Of a DNA stretch of 64,000 bases, positions 34,378 through 41,224 are shown piece by piece. The notes under the pieces were generated by a model. The model was not told the origin of the DNA. It searched no databases and saw nothing but the letters and a program-made list of their open reading frames with translations. The position numbers and the translations under genes are program-made. Position 1 is the stretch's first letter, and every line of letters starts with the position of its first letter. The stretch lies in IMG/VR virus record IMGVR_UViG_3300037422_000051. One strand, 5' to 3'. The stretch comes from a virus.

Positions 34378-34457
34378 GGGTGCCGAAACACGAGGTGCCG
34401 CTCGACTGGAAAGCCCAGCGAACCGGCCTCGGAAAGCAGAGAACGAGGAACGAGGAC

Positions 34458-34619
34458 ATGCCCGATCTCGCCTACCTGATCATCGCCGCCGCGGTCGGCG
34501 CGATCCCGGCCTACTTCGCGGGCCGCCGCCACGAGTGGCACCGCTGGCACGGCCAGCGCCGGGTCGCGATCTCGCGCGGCGAGGCGCGGCGCCTGACGCG
34601 CGTGGTGATCCGGCGATGA
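34458..34619 (+). CDS. Small membrane protein
   Basis: GAGGA RBS; N-terminal TM helix. Confidence 0.5.
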   Translation: MPDLAYLIIAAAVGAIPAYFAGRRHEWHRWHGQRRVAISRGEARRLTRVVIRR

Positions 34620-35971
34620 CACTCCCGCCTCTCTGGCAACACCAGCGCCGCGCCATCGACTTCGCGCAGCACCGCGCAGGCACGATGCTCGCGATTCGCC
34701 TCGGTGGCGGCAAGACTCGTACCACGATCGAGTTGCTCGAGCGCTGGGGTGCTTCGCGCGTGCTCATCCTCTCCCCGCTCTCCGTCGTCTCCACCTGGCC
34801 GCGCGAGATCGAACGCTACGCAGCGCGAACCTGGACAACGCTCCCGCTCCCGACTGGCACCTGCGCGCAGCGCACCGCGCGAGCCGAGGCCGCGCTTCGT
34901 GTATTCCACCCGCTCGCGGTCATCATAAATCATGAGTCTGCGTGGCGGATGCCATTTCGCAAGCTCGCGCTCTCGACACTGTGGGATGTTGTGGTAGTCG
35001 ATGAGCTGCATCGCGGAAAAGCCCCAGGAGGCCGCTTCTCGATGTTCCTAGCCGAGCTTCGCAAGCATCAACCCTTTGCGAAGCGCCTCGGGCTCACTGG
35101 CACCCCGATGCCCCACTCGGCGCTCGACCTCTACGGCCAGCTACGATTCATTGATCCGACGGTGTACGGAACGAGCAACACCCGTTTCAAGGCGCGCTAC
35201 GCGATCTATGGCGGCTTCGAGAATCGCCAGGTCATCGGATTCCGCGACACCGCCGACATGATGGCGCGCTTTCACAGCGCGGCCTTCGTCGCGCAGGAGA
35301 AGGATCTGCTCGACCTGCCCGAAGAGGTCGATACCGAGATCACCGTCGAGCTCGAGCCCGCTGCGCGGAAGATCTACGCGGAGCTCGAAAGCGAATTCTA
35401 CGCGCAGGTGGAAGCCGGCGAGATCACAGCCTCGAATGCGCTGGTCAAATTGCTTCGCCTTCAACAGATTTGCTCGGGAACCGTGAAGCTTGACTCCGGC
35501 GAGGAGAAGATCGTGAGCGAAGCGAAGCTCGACGCGCTGACCGAGCTGCTGATGGACGTGGAGCCCGGCCGCAAGATGGTCGTTTTCGGCCGCTTTCGCT
35601 GCGACCTCGAGACGGCGCGTGCAGCCGCAGAGATCCACCACCTTCGCTATGGCGAGGTGAGCGGCTCGCGCAAGGATCTCGACGCCGGGCGCTACCCAGA
35701 CGACGTGGATCTGCTCGGGGTCCAGGTGCAAGCGGGAGGCGTTGGCATCGACCTCTCGAAGGCTTCGCTCGCGTTCTACCTGTCCACGGGATTCTCGCTT
35801 GGCGACTACACGCAGACGCGCGCGCGTCTGCACCGGCCCGGGCAGAAGCATCCGGTGACGTTTGTCCACTTGCTTGCAGGCAACACGATCGACTGGCGGA
35901 TCTACCGCGCGCTCGCGAAGCGACAGGATGTGATCGCGCAACTACTCAAGAAGGAGCCCACCGATGGCTGA
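34616..35971 (+). CDS. SNF2-family helicase
   Basis: 'GGGKT', 'VDELHRGK', 'LTGTP', 'GGVGIDL', 'QTRARLHRPGQ'; true start ATG 34616 (ATGA overlap). Confidence 0.92.
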   Translation: MTLPPLWQHQRRAIDFAQHRAGTMLAIRLGGGKTRTTIELLERWGASRVLILSPLSVVSTWPREIERYAARTWTTLPLPTGTCAQRTARAEAALRVFHPLAVIINHESAWRMPFRKLALSTLWDVVVVDELHRGKAPGGRFSMFLAELRKHQPFAKRLGLTGTPMPHSALDLYGQLRFIDPTVYGTSNTRFKARYAIYGGFENRQVIGFRDTADMMARFHSAAFVAQEKDLLDLPEEVDTEITVELEPAARKIYAELESEFYAQVEAGEITASNALVKLLRLQQICSGTVKLDSGEEKIVSEAKLDALTELLMDVEPGRKMVVFGRFRCDLETARAAAEIHHLRYGEVSGSRKDLDAGRYPDDVDLLGVQVQAGGVGIDLSKASLAFYLSTGFSLGDYTQTRARLHRPGQKHPVTFVHLLAGNTIDWRIYRALAKRQDVIAQLLKKEPTDG

Positions 35972-36692
35972 CTACTACGTCCTCAAAGACAAAGCTGCTG
36001 TGCTTTGCGAATCTGTACTCGAATGGGCGAAATGGTATGAGACGGCCGACCGAATAGTCGCCAAGGACGTTATCGGAGAGTCTTCAGTTTCAACCGTTTT
36101 CATCGGTCTCGATCACTCATTCGGCGGCCCTGTGCCGCTCATTTTCGAGACGATGGTCTTTGGCGGGACGCTAGACGGCGAACAAGATAGATATTCCACA
36201 TGGGGCGAAGCAGTCTCTGGTCATCAAAGGACAGTCCAGAGAGTTTTAGAGAATGCGAAGGAGACACCGATGGCCGCACCGAATCCGATTGACCTGTCCG
36301 ACGAGATCACCGAGTACGCGGCGCTCGAAAACAGGCGCATGGATCTGAAAGACGAGCTGGTCGCGATCGAGTCGAAGATCGCGGAGCTTGCTCCGCGTGT
36401 GCTCGAGTGGTTCCAGGCGAGCGGCACGCAGAAGATCACGCGCGATGGGCGCACGCTCTACTTGAAGCGCGAGCTGTGGGCTGGCCGCGCCGAGGGTGTG
36501 AGCAACGAGGCGGCAGTCGCCGCGCTCGAAGGTGCCGGCCTCAACGAGTTCTGCGGGATGAAGGTGAACACGCAGTCGCTCTCGGCCTGGATGCGCGAGC
36601 GCGAGAAGGAAGGCCAGGCGCCGGTCCCGACCGAGCTCGAAGGCGCGTTCGTGGCTAACGAGGTTTTCAAGGTCGGCAGTCGCCGATCTTAA
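35964..36692 (+). CDS. Fusion ORF: conserved phage hypothetical domain plus gp33-like replication-cluster protein (internal start at 36270)
   Basis: Strong internal AAGGAG RBS and ATG at 36270; the two halves differ in base composition. Confidence 0.7.
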   Translation: MADYYVLKDKAAVLCESVLEWAKWYETADRIVAKDVIGESSVSTVFIGLDHSFGGPVPLIFETMVFGGTLDGEQDRYSTWGEAVSGHQRTVQRVLENAKETPMAAPNPIDLSDEITEYAALENRRMDLKDELVAIESKIAELAPRVLEWFQASGTQKITRDGRTLYLKRELWAGRAEGVSNEAAVAALEGAGLNEFCGMKVNTQSLSAWMREREKEGQAPVPTELEGAFVANEVFKVGSRRS

Positions 36693-36707
36693 CGAGGAGA
36701 AAGGAAC

Positions 36708-37430
36708 ATGGCGAAGAACGAAGAGAAGGCCGTTGCAATTCGGGTAGACCAGTTTGCGGCACTGCAGGTGGGAAGCGATTTCGCGGAGGTCGTTCGCGCG
36801 AACATCGGCGACGCGAAGGTGGCCCCGTTTGATCTCGATCGGGTCAGGGTGCCGGCCGGCGGCGGCCTCCAGTGGGAGGTGCCCACGCTCGAGGGTGCCG
36901 AGCAGGTGAGCCAGATCGAGGGAGTGATCGTCCACTGGAGAAAGCTCCGGTCGTACTGGCGCGAGAGCTTCGCGTCGACCGGAGGCGGCACGCCGCCCGA
37001 CTGCGCGAGCGAGGATGGGCTCACGGGGATCGGAGATCCCGGCGGAAGCTGCGCTGCGTGTCCACTCGCGAAGTTCGGCTCGGCCGAAAACGGCCGCGCG
37101 CAGGCGTGCAGCGAGATGCGGATGCTGTTTGTGATCCGTGAAGGCGACCGGCTGCCGATCGTCGTGACAATCCCGCCGAGCTCGCTTGGGAGCGTGTCGA
37201 AGTACTTCCTCCGGCTCGTCTCGCACGGCGTCCCGTACTTCGGGGCTCTCACGCAGATCAAGCTCGCGCGGACCAAGAACAAGGACGGGATCGCCTACTC
37301 GCAGGTCGAGCTGGCGCTCTCCTCGGTGCTCGATGACGACCAGCGCGCGAAGGTCCGCAACTACGCGGAGGGCCTGAGGCCGCTCTTCGCCGCGGCGCAA
37401 GCGGACTACGACGACGTAGCCGAGGTGTAG
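36708..37430 (+). CDS. Putative phage ssDNA-binding/annealing protein
   Basis: 'RVRVPAGGG..WEV', 'PPDCAS.DG', 'CAACP..KFGS...GRAQAC', 'IPPSSL'; acidic C-terminal tail. Confidence 0.65.
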   Translation: MAKNEEKAVAIRVDQFAALQVGSDFAEVVRANIGDAKVAPFDLDRVRVPAGGGLQWEVPTLEGAEQVSQIEGVIVHWRKLRSYWRESFASTGGGTPPDCASEDGLTGIGDPGGSCAACPLAKFGSAENGRAQACSEMRMLFVIREGDRLPIVVTIPPSSLGSVSKYFLRLVSHGVPYFGALTQIKLARTKNKDGIAYSQVELALSSVLDDDQRAKVRNYAEGLRPLFAAAQADYDDVAEV

Positions 37431-37432
37431 CG

Positions 37433-37660
37433 ATGCCGATTGAGCAAGTCTACTTCGAGGATTCGTGTGTCGAAGAGCCGCACATGTACTGCGCCGAGGT
37501 TGAAGAGGGCCGTGTCGCGCGAGCAACCTTCTACAAGTGGGACTCGAAGGCTCAGCGATTCTACGACGGAACCCCAGTCGAGGTCACGCCGCGAATTCGT
37601 GACTTCGCGCAACAGAGAATCGATCAGCGCTCGGAACGGCTGGCTCGGTTTGGAGGTTAG
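37433..37660 (+). CDS. Hypothetical protein
   Basis: GAGGT RBS, operon packing. Confidence 0.55.
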   Translation: MPIEQVYFEDSCVEEPHMYCAEVEEGRVARATFYKWDSKAQRFYDGTPVEVTPRIRDFAQQRIDQRSERLARFGG

Positions 37661-37667
37661 GAATTCA

Positions 37668-37958
37668 ATGCGAATCATGAGAACCGAAACGTTCGACGAC
37701 GAGACCGGCCTCTTCGAGAAGCCAAGTTACGAGATCGAGTTCGAGCTCGACGTGGAGGCCGGTGAGGCCATCGAGATCATCGACTACGACCTGATCGGCG
37801 ACTGGATCGAGCAGGATCAGCGCTTCGCGGAGGTGCCCGTCACGCCGGAGCAGGATGCGGTGATCCGAAAAACCTTCCTCTCGAAGTGGGACGGGAACGA
37901 GCTGTTTGAGGAAGCTGAGCTCGCACGCGCAGATGCGCGCCGCGACGGCGGCTACTAG
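37668..37958 (+). CDS. Small acidic hypothetical protein
   Basis: GGAGG RBS; very Asp/Glu-rich. Confidence 0.55.
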   Translation: MRIMRTETFDDETGLFEKPSYEIEFELDVEAGEAIEIIDYDLIGDWIEQDQRFAEVPVTPEQDAVIRKTFLSKWDGNELFEEAELARADARRDGGY

Positions 37959-37967
37959 GAGGGCGTC

Positions 37968-38228
37968 ATGGGCGTTGATCCGATCGATTCTGAAAGCAAA
38001 CCCGCTCTGCGCGGCGCGTTGGAAGCATCACGCGGAGAGATCCACGCCTTGCGCGTGCTGCAACGCGCAGATTTGCTGGAGCGTGATCGCCGCATTCTCG
38101 CTCTTGAGCGCGCGCTGCACGATGCCTTTCTCGATTTCGAGAGGCTCGCGTTTGGAACATTCAGTCACGACACGATCAAGCGAATCGCGAAAAGCGCGCT
38201 CGACCGCTGCGACCGGGCGCTGCGATGA
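37968..38228 (+). CDS. Hypothetical coiled-coil protein
   Basis: GGAGG RBS. Confidence 0.55.
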   Translation: MGVDPIDSESKPALRGALEASRGEIHALRVLQRADLLERDRRILALERALHDAFLDFERLAFGTFSHDTIKRIAKSALDRCDRALR

Positions 38229-38872
38229 GCACTCTCTACAAGGTGCTCAACGCCGACGGAACCTGCCATCACGGCGGAACCGGACAATGGGATCTTCCGA
38301 ATGGCAAGCCCGGCTCTTGGCTGTCCGTAGTCGGCGAGCTCGTCCCGTGCGAGAACGGAATCCATCTCTGCCGACGGCAGGATCTAGTCGCCTGGCTTGG
38401 GCCTGTGATCTTCGAGGCCGAGTACGAAGGCGACGAGCAGATCGACCACGGCGACAAAATCGTAGTCCGCAAAGCCAGGCTCGTTCGCCGCGTTGAATCA
38501 TGGAACGAAAAAACGGCGCGCCTATTCGCTGCTGATTGTGCAGAGCGCGTGCTGCCAATTTTCGAGCGCGAGAGACCAGACGACAATCGACCCCGCCTTG
38601 CCATTGCAGCCGCGCGCGCTTTTGCGCGCGGAGAGATCGACGCGGCTGCGAGGGAGGCTGCGGGGGAGGCTGCGAGGGAGGCTGCGAGGGAGGCTGCGAG
38701 GGCGGCTGCGAGGGAGGCTGCGTGGTCGGCTGCGTGGTCGGCTGCGGGGGCGGCTGCGTGGGAGGCTGCGTGGGCGGCTGCGAGGGAGGCTGCGGGGGCG
38801 GCTGCGTGGGAGGCTGAACGCGCGTGGCAGACGGAGCGACTGTTCGACTACTTGGAGGGTAGCGCACAATGA
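38225..38872 (+). CDS. Phage protein with Imm5-like segment and AA(R/W/G)(E/A/S) repeat
   Basis: 'ARLFAADCAERVLPIFE...DNRPRLAIAAARAFARG' followed by a 4-aa repeat. Confidence 0.75.
   Translation: MSTLYKVLNADGTCHHGGTGQWDLPNGKPGSWLSVVGELVPCENGIHLCRRQDLVAWLGPVIFEAEYEGDEQIDHGDKIVVRKARLVRRVESWNEKTARLFAADCAERVLPIFERERPDDNRPRLAIAAARAFARGEIDAAAREAAGEAAREAAREAARAAAREAAWSAAWSAAGAAAWEAAWAAAREAAGAAAWEAERAWQTERLFDYLEGSAQ
38645..38812 (+). repeat. 12-bp tandem repeat, 14 units (GCTGCG-DGG-KMG)
   Basis: Counted 14 units; only 3 positions vary. Confidence 0.95.
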
Positions 38873-39057
38873 CCGAATCTGAAATCCACTGGCCGCAGAT
38901 CCTCGTGATTCTCGCCATCGGCGCGATCTTGCAGGAGTTCGTGATCTCGCGATCGTTTCGCGAGTGGCGGCGCTACCGCAAGTGGCGGAAGTTCGATCGC
39001 TGGACGCAGCACCAGCCCGGCAAACACCACGCACCGCCGCCTTCGCAGCGGCTTTGA
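38869..39057 (+). CDS. Small membrane protein
   Basis: One TM helix then basic tail. Confidence 0.55.
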   Translation: MTESEIHWPQILVILAIGAILQEFVISRSFREWRRYRKWRKFDRWTQHQPGKHHAPPPSQRL

Positions 39058-39068
39058 GAGGAGAGACC

Positions 39069-39443
39069 ATGAAGATGCACTACCTGGCCATCATCGCGTT
39101 GATGATGCTGTTCGGCTGCTCCGACACCGAGGGCCTCAAGCACTCGCTCCACGATCGCATCGACCCGCTCGAGATGCGCGTCGACCAGCTCGAGCTCGGG
39201 GAGCGAAATGACCAGCTGCTGCAGGAGGCTGTCATCGAGATCTTCATCCGGCGTCGCCCGATCCCGCAGGAGAAATGCGAGACCTACGACGGCCTGTGGC
39301 TTCTCCAATGCGAGCACCTGGAGTCGGGCCTGTGCATGTGCGAGTTCACGCCCGACTCGATCGACGTAGAAAACGCGCAGCGCGCGCAGCGAGATCGCCT
39401 CGAAGCGCGCGCGAAGCCAGCCCCCGAGGAGGCTCCGAAATGA
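39069..39443 (+). CDS. Lipoprotein
   Basis: MKMHYLAIIALMMLFG-C lipobox; 4 further Cys. Confidence 0.7.
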   Translation: MKMHYLAIIALMMLFGCSDTEGLKHSLHDRIDPLEMRVDQLELGERNDQLLQEAVIEIFIRRRPIPQEKCETYDGLWLLQCEHLESGLCMCEFTPDSIDVENAQRAQRDRLEARAKPAPEEAPK

Positions 39444-39808
39444 ATCATCTGCTGCTCGCCTGGTTCTGCTTGTCCGGCGCAGCGCCAGCGAACGTTCCGC
39501 TCGGCGCGCCGCGAGCCTACTACGCCTTCGAGATCAACGGTGTGCGCGAGCTGCCATCTGGCCCACATTGGGAATACTGCTTCCGGCAGGAGGGCCCGCG
39601 CGAGGCGGTGATGCTCCTGACCGATGCCGAGGGCAAAGTGCTCGGCACAGGCTCCCCGATCAACGTGGAGGTCCGAACGAAGCCGATGGCCGACAGCGTG
39701 CGCGCTGATCTCGACGGAAACGGCATCGTCGGGATCTCCGACCTCGGCGTGTTCGTGAAGGCGTTTGGGTTGTGCAACGAGAATCTGCAGGAGGCGACGT
39801 GCAAATGA
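39440..39808 (+). CDS. Exported protein with dockerin/EF-hand-like motif
   Basis: Hydrophobic N-terminus; 'ADLDGNGIVGISDLGVFVKAFG'. Confidence 0.65.
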   Translation: MNHLLLAWFCLSGAAPANVPLGAPRAYYAFEINGVRELPSGPHWEYCFRQEGPREAVMLLTDAEGKVLGTGSPINVEVRTKPMADSVRADLDGNGIVGISDLGVFVKAFGLCNENLQEATCK

Positions 39809-39905
39809 CCGACCACGAAACCAAGCTCGCTGCCCGGACAGATCAATTCCTCCAAACTGAACTCAAAGCCTGCACTCGTTAGTGCAGGGCCGCCCGGAGA
39901 ACACG

Positions 39906-40250
39906 ATGCCGAAGAGTGAGACGCCGGAGCGAGCAATCAAGAGGCGTGCGCCTGGGAGGATCTGGCTCCAATGGAGCGGCGACCACGCGATTGAAACAAC
40001 TTGGTGCGTAGACCGACAGGACATTGACGATGTGGAGTATGTTCGCTCAAGCAAGATCCGATCAGCGGTCGCCGCAGAAACCGATCGGTGCGCGAAGATC
40101 AACCCGATATTCGCGGTTGACTGCCCGGTGTGTCCCGCCTCAGCAAACTATCCTTGCTACGACGACTGCACCGACACTAACTGCGATCCGCACGCAGAAA
40201 GGTGGCGCGCCGCCATCCGCGCCGAGCCGAAGGAGGAGACCGAACCGTGA
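39906..40250 (+). CDS. Hypothetical protein with Cys-rich zinc-finger-like C-terminus
   Basis: 'PGRIWLQW', 'CPVCPA....C...C....CDPH..R'. Confidence 0.55.
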   Translation: MPKSETPERAIKRRAPGRIWLQWSGDHAIETTWCVDRQDIDDVEYVRSSKIRSAVAAETDRCAKINPIFAVDCPVCPASANYPCYDDCTDTNCDPHAERWRAAIRAEPKEETEP

Positions 40251-40585
40251 AGGTCCACTGGTTCGTCTACGCAGCCGCTATCGGTGCCATGTTCTCGCTC
40301 GCCGCGCTGCGAGATCCACAGCGCGCCCACATGGGTAGCTGGTCCTACGATGAGAATGGCCGCGCGCTGCCGCTCGTATTCAATGGCGTCGCATACAACC
40401 AGGCAGCGGTCGATGAGATCACAGGGCGATCGCACAGAGCATGCAAGATGCTCGACCTCTACGAGCTCGCCGATACGATGTTCCGCGGCGAGCCGCTGCC
40501 GTACCACCTCGAGCCGCGCGCGAAAGAGATCCTCGCCGCGTGCCACGAGGCGCTCGTTACGGCAGGAACGCTGCCAGGCCCATAG
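40247..40585 (+). CDS. Membrane-anchored/exported hypothetical protein
   Basis: GTGA overlap; N-terminal hydrophobic helix. Confidence 0.55.
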   Translation: MKVHWFVYAAAIGAMFSLAALRDPQRAHMGSWSYDENGRALPLVFNGVAYNQAAVDEITGRSHRACKMLDLYELADTMFRGEPLPYHLEPRAKEILAACHEALVTAGTLPGP

Positions 40586-40865
40586 CAATCGGAACGCCCA
40601 GCGCATGGTGCGCCGTGTCGAGCGCGCGATCGAGCAGGTGAAGCTTCCCGGTCGAGCGCGCCTGGATCCATTCCCGCAGCGCGCCGCCGCCGAGAGCGAA
40701 GGCAAGGGCCGCTACGGCCACGATTGCTAGCTGCCAGTCGCGCCACGCGCCCAGGGCCGCCACCGGCAACGCGTAGGCCGCGCCGAGGCCAGCGTGGCCG
40801 AGCACGTCGAGACCGTACTGGCTCCAGGTCTTCTCTCCCGTGAGAACCTCGTCAATCCGTGCCAT
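40557..40865 (-). CDS. Small integral membrane protein (VanZ-like pattern)
   Basis: Three hydrophobic helices; 'GH..LG...LREWIQ...DRALD...LG'. Confidence 0.55.
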   Translation of the reverse strand: MARIDEVLTGEKTWSQYGLDVLGHAGLGAAYALPVAALGAWRDWQLAIVAVAALAFALGGGALREWIQARSTGKLHLLDRALDTAHHALGVPIAMGLAAFLP

Positions 40866-40876
40866 GCGCGCGCTCG

Positions 40877-41215
40877 TTATGCCACATCAAATCCACTTCG
40901 GGTTATTGCTTCGACCGGGAGCTCCCAATAGGCATCACGTCCTGCACCATCCTGCAGTGTCACCAAGATCGTATAGCTTTCACCAGAAACAAATGGAATC
41001 GATGCAGGAATCAGAGCTCGGAATTCACCGCGCGAGCCAGCCTGGTAGACAAAATCAATCGGGAAGGTACCCGCCAGTGGATCCCCCCCAACATCTTCGA
41101 TAGCGGGAATCTGGAAAGTATTTACGTTCTCGTCGAGGTATGAAGCTCCAATCTTCACCTTGTAGAAAATGAGTTCGGTTGAATTGCCAGGATAGATTTT
41201 GAAATTAGTTGCCAT
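40877..41215 (-). CDS. Ig-like beta-sandwich structural-type protein (112 aa)
   Basis: GAGGAGG RBS; alternating beta-strand pattern; last of the post-lysis module. Confidence 0.6.
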   Translation of the reverse strand: MATNFKIYPGNSTELIFYKVKIGASYLDENVNTFQIPAIEDVGGDPLAGTFPIDFVYQAGSRGEFRALIPASIPFVSGESYTILVTLQDGAGRDAYWELPVEAITRSGFDVA

Positions 41216-41224
41216 GTAACCTCC

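Noticed and set aside
34049-34615. N-terminal extension of the 640-aa SNF2 ORF
   Set aside because: It overlaps the divergent promoters and the HTH gene; helicase motifs begin after ATG 34616
38645-38812. Possible CRISPR array or DGR template/variable repeat
   Set aside because: No spacers, in-frame coding VNTR, no cas genes, no reverse transcriptase in the full genome unit, and variation is not adenine-specific
38247-39070. Gly/Cys-, Pro/Gln- and Arg-repeat ORFs in other frames (38247-38918, 38536-38817, 38493-38882, 38522-39070)
   Set aside because: Alternative readings of the same 12-bp repeat
39805-39882. 25-codon ORF MTDHETKLAARTDQFLQTELKACTR
   Set aside because: Too short and without supporting motifs; may be a gene remnant
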